Assembly (NCBI RefSeq): GCF_964204645.1 | Contig: NC_134034.1 | Coordinates: 7,824,962 to 7,888,961 of the forward strand | Direction of reading: 5' to 3' | Length of the DNA stretch: 64,000 nucleotides | DNA from: Tubulanus polymorphus | Lineage: Eukaryota; Animalia; Nemertea | Shown here: positions 37,514-51,349 of the stretch, one piece after another | How positions within the stretch are numbered: the stretch's first letter is position 1 | How the letters are laid out: every line of letters begins with the position of its first letter | Notes under the pieces: model-generated | Told to the model about the DNA's origin: nothing | The model's database searches: none | What the model saw: the letters and a program-made list of their open reading frames with translations, nothing else | Made by a program: the position numbers and the translations under genes

Positions 37514-37924
37514 CGCTCCGCGACCAATTGATTTATTTACAATACACAAATTCATATAATAAAATATATTTAAATAATAATAATTATTCTATTATTCAAC
37601 TGAAATACACACGGTTATGAAAATATATTATAGTTTTAAATTACCTTTAATATTTGTTTTTAATGAACTCGACCGTTCAACCTTTAACCTGAAAGCCCAT
37701 TACCCCTATTACTCTTAAAATAATCATATACATGAATAACATTTAAATTGACAGATTATTCAATATAAAAGTGTAAGCTTTTATAGAATAGATATATAGA
37801 TATATTTACAACATTATTTCAATATTCATATTTGTATGAGTTAGATGTTTAAACATTAAAAGTGTAAGTAAAGTGTGATTGAAATAATACATGATATAAA
37901 TCATTGAACTTCTAGAATCAATTT
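37514..37924. repeat. Left TIR of copy C
   Basis: Reverse complement of 55342-55726; matches 3139-3545 of copy A. Confidence 0.92.
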
Positions 37925-37945
37925 TAAAAAAAATTTGATATTAAA

Positions 37946-40900
37946 ATGAAAGCAAATAAGTACTACTGTCCAACATGTAATATCAATATAGATAAATCCC
38001 AAAAAGCAGGACACAATAAAACTAAAACACATTTAGAGAATAAATTGAAACTAGAATATAAAGATGATATATTAGAAACTAAATTAGATGAATTAAAAAA
38101 TGAAAAAGAAACATACACATGTGATACATGTAATCAATCATTCAGTGATAAAAGATATTATAAAGAACATTTAAAATCTAAAAGTCATATTAGAAATAAG
38201 AATAATGATATTTTAGGTGAAGATTATTTTGATAAAGATGATGATAAGAAACAGAAGACAATTAAAAGCATAAAAAATAAATCAAACAATAAAAGACCAA
38301 ACATGGAAGATGTAAGAAAATATATTAATTCATTAGATAATAAAAAAGATATAGAGATAACCGAAGCATTTAAAAGTGATATTGGTCCAGCAGCTATTGA
38401 GTTTAAATTTCATAAAGGAAAAACAGAAGAAAATAAAAAACATTTAGAAAATATGAAAGAAATAATAAAAATAATAACTGATGTTGAATATCCTAAAATA
38501 AGTATTTCATCAAAAATTAAATTCATAAAATCTGAAGATAAACCAATATATGATATAAATTCTCATTCACAACATATTATATCTAAACAACATATAGATG
38601 ATAAATTAGATAAATGTTATAATGAAGTAAAAACTAAAATAGAAGAGAAATATTTTGAAGGATCTGGTTTAATATTTGATGAAATAATATTTATGACTTT
38701 ACATGTTTATTACACAAAATATAATAAGTTAACTAAATCAAAAACAAATTGATGAAAATAATGTATCATATTATAAAGAACCAGATATTGAAGCATCGAG
38801 TTATATTAAACTACCATTTAAAACTAATGCTGTAATAAATGTACAAAATGAAGATGATAAATGTTTTCTATGGACTATAATAAGTTGTTTACATCCTGCA
38901 ACTTAGAATATTTGTAGATTAACTCATTATAAACCATTTGAAAATAATTATAAGATAGATAAGTATCCTGTTATAATTAAAAACATCCCAAAAATAGAAA
39001 GAGATAATAATATAAAGATAAATGTATTTGATTTAATCAAATTGCCAAATACAAAAGGCAACAATATAAAACATTATACATTAGAACCTTTATACCTATC
39101 AAAAGATTATGATTCAAATGATGTTATAGATATACTATATTATGAGAATCATTATATGTGGATTAAACAAATCGATTTATTTTTTAAATCAGAAAATGAT
39201 CACCATAAAATATATCTTTGTAGAAAATGTTTACATAGATTCAGTAATGAAAGTACATTATTAAATCATAAACAATTATGTGAAAATCATGATTATTGTA
39301 AATTAGTTTTACCAAATGAAAAGGATAAAATATTAGAATTCAAAAAATATGATTACAAAAATAAAGTACCATTTGTAATATATGGAGATTTCGAATCATT
39401 AAATAAAGAATTAACTGATCAAGATAGAAAAGAAATATATTATAAAAGAAAGAAATTAAATTCTAATGAAAATGATTTTTCAGATGAACCACCAAAAACA
39501 AATACTATTAAAAAGATTCATCAATCAGCTGCTGCTTTCGGGTTATATATTAAATCTGATTATCCAGAACTAATTGAAAGTGAATATTATAATTACAGAA
39601 ATGAAAATGTTATCAATCATTTTTGTGACTTATTAATTGAATATGAAATAAGATTTAGTAAATTTTTGAATACAAATATAGAAATTATAATGACAGAAGA
39701 AGATAAAGAAGCATTTGCGTTTGCAGATAAATGTTATTATTGTGAAAAGATATTTAATTTTAGAGATAAAAAAGTAAGAGACCATGATCATTTAAACGGA
39801 AAGTTTAGAGGCGCTGCACATGAGAATTGTAACTTACAAGCTAAGAAAATTAACTTTGTACCAGTTATATTTCATAATCTATCAGGATATGATGCACATT
39901 TATTCATCAAACAGTTATGCCATAAAATAGAAGAAATTAATAATGAAATAGAAAGATTAAATTAAAATAGATCAAAAGATAAAATACCAACTTATAAATT
40001 TAGAATGTTAGCTAAAACATCTGAGAATTATATATCATTCCAATTTGGTTGCCTAAGATTTATAGATTCATATAGATTTTTAAATAGTTCATTAGATAAC
40101 TTATCAAAATCATTAGTTGATGATGAATTAAAGATATTAAAAGAATATTACCCAAATAATGATGATTTTCAATTAATGAGATATAAAGGAGCAATTCCAT
40201 ATTCATTTTATAAATCACATAATGAATTCAATATAACTGAATTATTGAAAGAAAAATTAATTCTATGATGAATTAAAAAATGAATATGTTAAAGATGAAG
40301 TATATAATAGAACATTGAATATTTGGAATCATTTCAAAATTGAAAATCACGGGCAATTAGTAGATTTATATCTAAAATCAGATGTATTATTATTAACCGA
40401 TATATTCGAAAGGTTTAGAGATGTAAACCTAAAATATTTTAACATTGATCCTTGTCATTGTTATTCATCACCAGGTTTAACATGGGATTGTGGATTAAAA
40501 TTTACAGATATAAAAATGGATTTGTTAACAAATATAGATCAATTACTATTATTTGAAAAATCTATAAGAGGAGGAGTTTCAGGTGTATTAGGTGATAGAT
40601 TTTCAATGTAAATGATAACCCTGGATATAAGTTATTATATATAGATGCAAATAATTTGTATGGTTGGGCAATGATGGAACCACAACCTTATGGAGTATTT
40701 GAAATAAGTGAAGTTTTACAACATGAAAATAATGATAAATTTGATTGGAAGAAAAGAATCCTAGATATTGCAGATGATTCAGATACTGGTTACTTCTTTG
40801 TTGTAGATTTAGAATATCCTGAAGATAAAAAATTTAAATCTAGAAATCTAGCTTACTGTCCCGAACATAAAACAGTAACTTATGAAGAATTATCAAATTA

Positions 40901-41968
40901 CCAAAAAAGAATTAAACCCGAAAATCATATTCATACAGAAAAGTTAATGGTAACTCAAGAAGATAAATATAATTATGTAGTACATTATAGAATGTTAAAG
41001 TTTTATTAGAATCAAGGAATGGTTCTAAAAAAAGTACATAGATATATTTCATTCAGTCAATCTAAGTGGTTAGAAAAATATATAGATTTTAACACCAAAC
41101 AGAGAACTGAAGCTAAAACTGATTTCGAAAAAGATTTTTTTAAACTAATGAACAATGCATTCTATGGTAAGACTTGTGAAAATATTAGAAATAGAAATGA
41201 TATTGAGTTAGTTAGTAATGGTAAAAGAATTAAACATTTACAATCATATCCTAAATTTATAGGTAACAGAATATTTGATGAAAATTTAGCTGCAGTTAAG
41301 ATGAGAAGAACATCAATGAAATTTGATAAACCAATCTATGTTGGCGCTTCAGTTTTAGAATTATCAAAATTACTAATGTATGAATTCTATTATAATGTAT
41401 CACAACCACTTTTTGGAGAAAAACATATAGAAATATTATATTTTGCTACTGACAGCATAACATAACTGATAACATAACTGATGATTTAAAAACATTAAAA
41501 CATCATTTTGATTTTAGTAACTATCCTAAAGATCATGAATTGTTTAGCAATGATAATAAAAAAGTTCCCGGTAAATTCAAAGATGAATTAGGCGGTGAAG
41601 AAATGATTGAATTCATTGGTATTAGGTCTAAAATGTATTCATATAAAACTAAAGAACATGAAGCTAAAAAGTTAAAAGGAATGACCAAAAGTGTAGTAGA
41701 AAAGAATATTCATTTCGAAGATTACATCAATTGTATATTCAATGAAGAAGTTAGAAAACATAAGATGAGATGTTTAAGATCTGAAGATCATGAAATGTTT
41801 ATTGAAGAAATTGAAAAGATAAGTCTAAACCCATTTGATGATAAAAGATATATTTTAGATGATGGAATTCATACAGTTGCATATGGTTGTAATTTAGATG
41901 AATACTTGAAATTTAAAAGAGAAGAAACAAAAGAGAACGAGATAATGAAAAGAATTCTAACGTGTTAA
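37946..41968 (+). pseudogene. pPolB: Protein-primed DNA polymerase B, copy C (no intein; indel scar at motif C)
   Basis: Same motif set; multiple frameshifts. Confidence 0.95.
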
Positions 41969-41997
41969 TCAAATTTTAATAAAAATATCTATTATAA

Positions 41998-42350
41998 ATG
42001 GAGAGTAAACAAACACACAGTGAGAACAACAAATTATTTCTAGATAGAATAAAAGATACTACAAATGTAAAATCTGTAGATTATAAATTCAAAAAGTTAA
42101 CAGAATTAACAATTCATAAGAAATATCTAATTACAAATATTGATACAGTTACTAATAACTATTGAAATAAATTAGTTATACACTTAGAATATGAAGGATT
42201 AAAAGGAAATACATATAAATTCAGAACATATTTACCAGATAGATTTCATACATTATCAAGTGAAGACTTAGAATAATTATGTTCTGGTGATTTCTATTTC
42301 GTATACAAAGGTAAGAATGAAAAAGGGCACCATGAAATAGATTTCGAATA
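41998..42350 (+). pseudogene. ORF2, copy C
   Basis: Homology; internal stops. Confidence 0.75.
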
Positions 42351-42369
42351 AAAAAAATATGTAAAATAA

Positions 42370-43127
42370 ATGGTAGAATTAAAAGAATACAGAATATTTG
42401 TTGATTCTAGAAGGCTTACAAATTATAAATCACATAATTTACTAGTACAATTAGATAGAGAATTCAAGAATGGTGTAGATTTAAAATTAGTAAATATAAG
42501 TTTATGTAATTCTTTTTACAATATATCGAATAAAACTATTGAAGATAATACTGATTTAATTCATATTAGAAATGTAGATAAATGGTTTCATCTAATTTTA
42601 AAACCAGGATTATATAATTTAGAAACATTAGCTCAAGAAATTAGTAGAAGAGCACGGTTGAAAATTAGAAGAGATGATAAATTTTTAATTAGATTTTTAA
42701 AAAATGATAGCACAAATAAAATTAAAATAAAGTTACATGATGAAAGTCAACATGCATTTATGGTAAAAAAAACCTATAGCTAAACTGTTAGGAATTGTAC
42801 CAGATACCGTTACAGGAAACGTAGATGGTAATTCAAATATAATACCTTTTACACACTTTTATATTTATTGCAATTTAATTGATCCTACAAAAACTTTCGA
42901 AGCAACTAAAGAAACAATTTGTAGTTCTCGTATACTAAATATTTTACCGCTAAAAATGTTAAACAATTTGGAACGCAAATAAATTATAATTTAGCTGAAT
43001 GTGATTTTAAACCTTGCATTCCTAAATGTAATAATTTTAAATTAGAAATAAGAACTTATAATGGTTATTTAATTGATTTGAATAATTTCCTGTAATTTAT
43101 GAATTAGTTATAAGATGTAGAGAGTAA
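42370..43127 (+). pseudogene. Minor capsid protein, copy C
   Basis: Closely matches copy A. Confidence 0.7.
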
Positions 43128-43144
43128 TTGTTTTCACTATATAA

Positions 43145-44613
43145 ATGAATATAACTGTTGGGCCGAGCATATGTTTTGGATTTGATTTTAAACGTGAGAA
43201 AGAAATGAAATTTAACATTAATGATGTAATTACACATATAAAAAATATCACATTTTCTAATGAAACAACATTTGAGTATGAAACAACAATAAATAAAGAA
43301 ACTTTAAATGTAGAAAATATTACTAATTTGATTATAGAATCTTTAAGATTTTATGAATTAGATGAAGATTTTATCATAGATGATATTAAAAAAAATAATA
43401 ATTGAAATATATACAAATGAAACTAGTAATGAAATAAATGTTGAAATAATCATCACTAAGATAACTAAATATTTTGATGATAATAATTTTTTTGATAAAT
43501 AAATGAGTGATAATAAGTGGATAATAACTGGATTATATAATGGCGCATTACTATCAGTTGGAACTGTTGGTTATTCAATGGTATTAAAAAAGTATTTAAA
43601 ATGGGAAGTGTTAATGTTGATAGATTTGATATAAATGATATTTTAAAATTAACATTAGCAGTTACTTTATCTAATTTAATTGATTATTTAGAAAAACAAA
43701 AATATATTCCTCCCATATAAATGCATAATTATTTTACTACATAAATGGCTTCTGCAGTTATAACTATTATAGGATCAGCAATTGTTAACGCTTTAGCATT
43801 TACTGGTGGCGGTTATTTATTTAAGCATATTGATAAAAATGGATCATTAACAGAACAAAAAAGACATAACTTAGCATTAGAGAAATACAATAAAGCAGCA
43901 GAAGAATATAGAGAAAAGAGACAAAACTATATGGATTATATTAACAAGGAATTATATGATCAGAAGATTTCACATAGAGATTTTCAATCAGTTGATGATG
44001 CAATGAGTTTATATAACGCGGTAACCAATAAAGAAAAATTACATCTACATAAACCTACAATATCAGATTATTATACCCCAAGTTATGAACAGAAGAAATA
44101 ATTTGGATTTTAGGTGGAACTGTTATTGTTATATTTGTTGCTTATAAGTTTACTAATTAGTAATTTTTTTTGCTAAATAAATGGATGATAAAGTTGATAA
44201 TATTGATATTATTCCTCAGGATATCAGTAAAACTAAATTAAAAATATATTTAGAACAACAAATATTAGAATTTGAAAGTGACTTAAAAGTTAAAAAAAAA
44301 ATATTTAAAAAGTAAAATTATATATTATTTGATTATAAGTGGTTCGGTTACAATTAGTTCTGTAATAACATTTCTAGCAATATTCAGTCCATTAACACCT
44401 TTAGCTATATCAATTGGTGTGTTAGGATTAAGTTCAAGTGTTTTAACTGGTATAAGTTCAAAATTAAATATAAAAAGTAATAATGAAAAAATTTACACTA
44501 ATATAAAAGAAATTAATAAATTAAAGAATACACTAGATTATATAATAAGTTTAAATGGTCATATAACAGATGAAGAACAAGATAAATTATTAAAAGAATT
44601 AGTTAAATATTAA
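43145..44613 (+). pseudogene. Block of four small genes (43145, 43503, 43745, 44181), three hydrophobic
   Basis: Collinear with A and B. Confidence 0.7.
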
Positions 44614-44629
44614 TTTTTTAATTATATAA

Positions 44630-45850
44630 ATGGGGTTTCCAAAAGCTTTCCAATATAATAAATCAATTAAATATAATATTCCTGCAATAGATTTTAAAAA
44701 ATATATTACATAAAAAATGTAGTTTTAAATTCATTAACTAATTTAGAAATTTATGTTACTGAATCACAGTTTTTTATTTCTAAAATGGAAAATATATTTA
44801 GTACATATGAAGTTACTTTTACTCGAGATGAATATCATATACATAAAGTAAAATCTAATATGAAATATTGGCAGAACCAATTAGATTTTGCCGTTTATTG
44901 TGCAACAACAGGTTGTGGAATAAGTTGGAATGATCATTTAAATAACTTAGATAAAAATTTGAAGTATTCTGATTTAAAATTAATTCACACAATATTAAGA
45001 TTTCACACATATTTTCAAATCAGAATAATATTAAATGAATTAGAATGTCCTTTACCCGGATCTAAATATTTTAAAGAATTAGACAATAATATTAATCTAT
45101 CTAAGTTTTATAAAATATGTAATGAATTTAATATAATTATTAATTCCGATTTTAGAGCGCATGGTCAATTGCAAGGTGTTGGTGAAGAGTATGAAATAAA
45201 AAGAATTGATTATATGCATAGAATTGGAGCTTATCATAATTATAAAATTGATAATAATAATGGTTGGGTTAATTTCATTTTAGAAAATAGTGAAGGTTTT
45301 ACTAAAGCTGGAATACAAAGAATAAATCAATCTATTAGAACTTATTTGATATGTATTTTAGGTGCTCAAGTTGAAACAAGATCACCAATAGTTAGAAATG
45401 ATAACACTTCATTCGATGCACAGAAACAATTCAAAGTATTATTTGAAGATTCCATTCATAATGATAAAAATAGATCGATTCCAGAAAACATTGTAAGATA
45501 TCAAAATTATTTAGATAAATCACATATTAGATTAAATTATTGTATAGGCCCTAATCTATTTATTATTTCTAATGATTTAGTATTAAAGATGGGAAACATA
45601 ATTGGTTATAATAATCTAATTGAAACTGCAACAATTAATAATTCATTTGGATTAAATGATATAAATAATAAGATTATTACTGCTCCAAAATTAATGGAAG
45701 GTGAAAAAAATAAAAAACATATTCAATCAACAGAAACTAAAACTAAAAATATGAAATTAAATAATGATTCTAAAATTAAAGATTAGAATACATCAGAAAT
45801 TATTAAAACTGATAATATTCAACATGATATAATTAAAACTGATAATGATA
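44630..45850 (+). pseudogene. CATTGCG-motif protein, copy C
   Basis: ORF 44785-45786 plus flanks. Confidence 0.75.
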
Positions 45851-45884
45851 ATAAATCCCATAAAAATGTGGAGAAGATATTCCA

Positions 45885-47318
45885 TTGGAAGGCATGGGAA
45901 ATAATAATGAAGGATATATTGATGATGAACCGCAACCCAATTTAAATGAAACTAATATTGATGATGATAATGAATCAGCATATAATTCTAATTTAGCAGA
46001 TAGTGGTTCTAAAGCCCCATCAACTGAGGATTATATTAGAAGAACTAGATCGAGAATAAATCCTGAAAATGAAATTCCAGGTTTATCAAAGGAAGATATA
46101 GAAAATAACTAATTTATATATAAGTTTCAAGATGTATTTGAAAGATCTGGATATAATATAAATTACAGAGGTGCCAGATATTTAGTAGAAGATTTAAAGT
46201 TTTTAGATGGTGAATATTATTATTAATTGAAAGATGATTATTATATTAATATCACTAATCAAAGGACAAGACTACCTAAAATATTAGCGGTCTAGATAAA
46301 ATATTAGATAGGTCTAGATAAAATTAAGAGAATAAGTATTAGTAATGAAATAACTGATGTTACACAAGAAGAAAGAGATGATAATATAAGAGTATTTAGT
46401 CAAAGAATTGATGACTTATTTAAAATAATCGATGATAATCCAGAAACAGAAACAACTTCTGAACAGAATATAACTTCCAAAACTAGTAAACCTAATTCAA
46501 GAGAAGTTCAAACTGAAAAACTTTTACCGAATGGATTACTTGATGCAACAGATCAAGAATTAGAAGATTTAGATATATTTTCTGATAAAGCAATAAGAGA
46601 AATTATTAGTATAAGACTTGCATCTGATGAAATTGCGCATGATAAAAGTATAAGAGATTTTAAAATTAGAACTTTAGAAAAAGAATTAACTGATAAAAAT
46701 AAAGAAATAGAACGATTAAAGTCTGATTTAGATCATCAATAACTTGATGAAATAGAATATAAGGAAAAAGAATTACGTTTAGAAAAAGAAAAAGATGATT
46801 CAGAATATAACATAGAATTACAAAAAGAAGAAATTAAATTATTATTAAAATCATATGATTATAATATTAATAGATTAAAAGATGTTTTTAAAAGATATCT
46901 AATAAAACCAAATTCTAAAATATCATTGAAAGATAGAATAAAATTATTATTTAAGTTTGAAGGAATAACAATTCTTTCAATTCTAACAGCTGTAACTATG
47001 TTATTTACAACAATTGGTTTAGCTATATCAAATTCACTGAAATCTACTCCTACTCCCAATAAACCGGATAAACCCCCAGATAATAATTCTATACAAGATA
47101 AAATTAAAGATGGTTTAAAGAAATTAGCAAAATATTTATGGGAACTATCTAAAAAATCTGCTGCAGCATTACCCGGAATTATTGCATCAATTGTTGGTTT
47201 TACATTGAAATCTGCAGGAAACATTATTAACTTTGCTGCTGAACATATTATTTTATTTTTAATTACAGTTGTAAGTGCTATTATTTTTGGGTTAGTAAAA
47301 ATGATAAAAAATAAATAA
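45885..47318 (+). pseudogene. Coiled-coil/hydrophobic C-terminus protein, copy C
   Basis: ORFs 45885-46112 and 46926-47318. Confidence 0.7.
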
Positions 47319-47337
47319 TTATTTTTTTGTTAAATAA

Positions 47338-48603
47338 ATGAGTGGGAGTTATATCAATCCTTCTAAGAATCATAGAATATCTAATGCTATTAAAGCAGAA
47401 AGATCACATCACATAATTACTCATAACCCTTCTAATATTAATCCCGATGAAACTTAATATGGAATTCCTAGATTAACACAAAATACTTTTTATGTTCCAA
47501 ATAGTATTTATTTATCAGCCGATATAAAAGTAACCGGTAATAATAATAATTATGTTGTTGATAATGTTGGAAGATATTTGATTAAAAAATTAACTATAAA
47601 GATTGGTCCAGAAACAGTTTTCTCATTAGATGATTATAATTTATTTATGCATTATAAAGATTTATGGTTAACTAAAGAAAACAGAAATAATATGATGTTT
47701 CAAGGAATCCAATCAGAAAACCAAAATAAATTAAGATCAGAAGCACATAATGCAATATTAACTAATGCTATAGATAAATTGATAAAAAGTATATATGGAA
47801 GCAAATATAAAATTCCATTAGACTTTGAATTGATAAATAATAATGCACCTTTATATAAATATGCAATTCAAGAAGACGTTATATTTGAGATAACATTTGC
47901 TCCTGTAAATGAAATCGTAATATCTAGCGTTAATAAAGATATGAGTTATAAATTATCGAATATATGTTTAGAATATGATACAGTGATACAGTAACCGATG
48001 AAAATATTATAATAGTATAGTGAAAGTATAATTCAAACTAAATACAATCAAGGATTTTCATTATTATATGATTATATTGATAAATTTAAAACCGTAACTA
48101 TTAATGCAAATGATGAAATTATTAATGAGAATATTAACTTCCCAAGAAGATCTATTAAAGGTGTATTAATATTTTTTACCATTGCAACATATACTAATGG
48201 CGCAATAAATGTTGTTAATTATTATAATCCTGAAATAACAAAAGTAGAAATAACTATCGAAGGAATAGCAAATAAAATATTTTGTCAAGGAATGAGAATG
48301 ATTGATCAGTGGCCAGAAATTAGAAAACATTTTATGAATGAAAAAGTAAAATCATCTAAAAATTGTAATATTAATCAAATTGATTATTATACCGGTTATA
48401 AATATGCATTATGGTTAGATTTTAGAACAACAGAGGATAATTCATTACATGGTTCTGGAAAAAAACTACAGAACACTAAAGATGGAATACAATTATTCAT
48501 GACAAAGAATAAAGGAATCAAAAATTTTAAAATGCACATTTATATTATATCTGACGCGCAATAAAATATTGTAAATTCTCAATTGAATAGTGTTATGTAT
48601 TAA
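47338..48603 (+). pseudogene. Major capsid protein (double jelly roll), copy C
   Basis: ~420 codons, beta-rich; ITHNPSNI..NVGRYLIKKLTIKI..NICLEYD..ALWLDFRT..LHGSG pattern recalled from invertebrate Polinton MCPs; position next to the ATPase. Confidence 0.72.
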
Positions 48604-48635
48604 AATTTTAACTTTAATAAAAATATATATAATAA

Positions 48636-49418
48636 ATGGAAGGTGGTAAAGTATATAAACGTATTCCATACATCGATACACATGAAAATAATGATGGTTT
48701 ATATTATGTAATACCTTGTAATATAGCTTTGATATTTGATCCTATTTTCAAAATTTATAAAACTAAACTAATAGAAATCGATAATAATAAAAGTGGTGTT
48801 GTTGATAATTTAAGTAATGTAATTGATAATAATGTAATACCTTCTACATCTAATAATGTAATACCTTCTACATCTAATAATGTAATACCTTCTACATCTA
48901 ATAATGAAATAATATTAAATGTTAGAGAAAATAGAAATTATTGTGGATATTGTAAAAGTGAATTTTCAAACGCTACATCAAATTGGAATAAACATATGAA
49001 TACAAGGGTACATATAAATAATGTTATAGAACGTGTTGGTTTAAAAGAATTTATAGAACACCCATTTAGATATGTTACAAAGTTTGTTTCACATCAAAAA
49101 GTAAATGGTGAAAAAATATATGAAGATTTATTATTAGCAACACCTAATAAAGATGAATTAGATCTAACCGATGCTAATAAAATATTAGAATCAAACACTG
49201 TAAATGAAATATTAGGAGCAAACACTAATAAAGATTCTATGAAACATAAAGTAGAAAATAATGATAAATTTGATTGGATGAATAAGCATAACAATGAAAC
49301 AACTATTGATGATGCGGTAAAAAGGGTGAAGAATAAGTGTAAAAATAATGAAGAATTAGAAGAAGATTCGGTGGAGAAATTGAATAGATTGTTAGGGTCT
49401 GATAGTGAAAGTGATTAA
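48636..49418 (+). CDS. 260-aa zinc-finger protein with NNVIPSTS repeats
   Basis: Intact ORF; CGYC..HMNTRVH. Confidence 0.75.
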   Translation: MEGGKVYKRIPYIDTHENNDGLYYVIPCNIALIFDPIFKIYKTKLIEIDNNKSGVVDNLSNVIDNNVIPSTSNNVIPSTSNNVIPSTSNNEIILNVRENRNYCGYCKSEFSNATSNWNKHMNTRVHINNVIERVGLKEFIEHPFRYVTKFVSHQKVNGEKIYEDLLLATPNKDELDLTDANKILESNTVNEILGANTNKDSMKHKVENNDKFDWMNKHNNETTIDDAVKRVKNKCKNNEELEEDSVEKLNRLLGSDSESD

Positions 49419-49419
49419 A

Positions 49420-49609
49420 ATATTAATTATATTTAACTCAAATAATAATATTGGTTGAAAATTGTATAAAATAATAGTAAATAAAAAAGGGGGTTTTAAG
49501 TATTTAAGGTATCTAATAGGGATCTAATAGCGTATCAATTAGGGTATCTAATAGGGCATCAGGTATTAGGGTATCTAATAGGGTATCTAATACATAGATA
49601 TACAAATAG
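49420..49609. terminator. Conserved spacer between convergent gene blocks with GGTATCTAATA repeats (putative terminator or cis element)
   Basis: Same motifs at 23713-24072 and 31586-31924; function inferred from position only. Confidence 0.4.
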
Positions 49610-50217
49610 TTATTTTATAAATTTATATTCATAGGGAAATTGTAGTCTCAGTCATAATTTTGAACCTTTATTATTCTTTAATTTATTCATATATTCATCA
49701 TGTAATTCAGTAGGTATAATTTGATTTTCTTCCAATGATTGTTGCATAGATTTTCTATCTTTGTTATAAAATAAAACTAGAAATCTTATATTCTCCCTAA
49801 AGTCTTTAACAATTGAATTATATTTTTGATTTAAAACCCATGTTGTTATCCCAAAATGTCTCCCAGAGCTAGATGACATAACTCACTTTCTCTAACTTTT
49901 GAATCATGTAAATTTGCGCTATCATCTATAATGAATAATGTATTTGATCCTTTATAAGTATCAATTGCTATTTTTATACAATTATCTAAATTTTCTTTTA
50001 CTGTTTTAGGATCTAATATAATAAACTTTTTTATCTTAACTATATCTCTATTATATGTTTTATTCATTTCATAAGTAGGACAAACTAATGTAATATTATC
50101 AAAATGATTCTTATAAATAGTTTCTAACAAATCTAATATGAAATGTCTTTTACCACAATTGGTAACTCCAGTTATTAACATATCATGCGGTTCAAATATA
50201 AATAAATCTTTATTCAT
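49610..50217 (-). pseudogene. Packaging ATPase, copy C
   Basis: GVTNCGK, FIIDD, GRHFGI; frameshift. Confidence 0.9.
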
Positions 50218-51328
50218 TTATTCTTTTAATTTTACTAGATAAAATCCATTCATTAAATTTATCATCATATCCTTTATATTTCACCAAAGAATACTTTTTT
50301 CCTTTAAGAGTTTTTGTTTTCAATACTCCTTCTATTTTGTATTCTATTTCATCTGGATTTGGTACAAGTGATAATTCTTGTTCATAGAAATAACCTAATA
50401 TTTCTTCATCTTTTAGATCTTCTAGTTTATAACCAAAAGGTTTAGTTAATATTATCTTTTTAATCTTGAATATTTCTTCTGTAAAATTTGGAGTATAACC
50501 TTTATAAAATGTTTTTCTATATTTAGATATTCTTACGTGTTGTCCAATTTTGAATCTAGGTTCACCGAAATCATGTGTAACAAATACTCCATATAAATTA
50601 TTCCAAACTATTTCCGAATTATCTTCTTTTCTAGCTTGTATAGGTTTCATATTTATAGAACTATGTTTAGAATTATTATAACCTTTCACTAAATCATCTA
50701 ACACATCGATATATTTATATGTTTCATTAGCAGTAAAATATTTCCCCATTCTAGTTTTTTATTTTTATTAAATCTTTCTATAATAGATGCTTTTTTATCT
50801 GAATGTGTTGAAAAATATTTTACATCGTTATCAGATAATAGTTTTTTAAAATGTTTGTTATAGAATTCCTTACCTTCATCAAATTGTATCTTATCTGGAA
50901 TAGCTTCTTTAAATATTGATTTAAAAGCATTTGTTACTTCTTTTCCAGTTTTATTTTTGATTGTAAATTGACCATGCGTATCTACTGAATATGTCAATAA
51001 CATTCAATATCCAGAAATATCCTTTGTTGTATTCCTATAAGTTCTTCATGTCAATTAAATCAGCTTGCCATTGTTGATCGATATATGAAACCATAACTTT
51101 TCTTGTTAAATAAGTTTTATCTATTTTCTTTTGGATTTGATATGTTGGTTGATTTTGTAACCATGATTTCAATTCACTTTATTTTATTCCACCATGTGGG
51201 TGCCGTACGGCGCCATCACCATTTTCATTATCAGATTTAATTTTATTCCATAATTCTGAAACGTTAGAATATGATACTTCACTTTCTGGGTTATAATATA
51301 AATCTCTTAAATATTGTTCTTTTTTCAT
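50210..51328 (-). pseudogene. Retroviral-type DDE integrase with C-terminal chromodomain, copy C
   Basis: WQADLIDM, PDKIQFDEGKEF, ASIIERFN; EYKIEGVL..YSLVKYKGYDDKFNEWI. Confidence 0.92.
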
Positions 51329-51349
51329 CTTATTTTAATCCATTAATAA

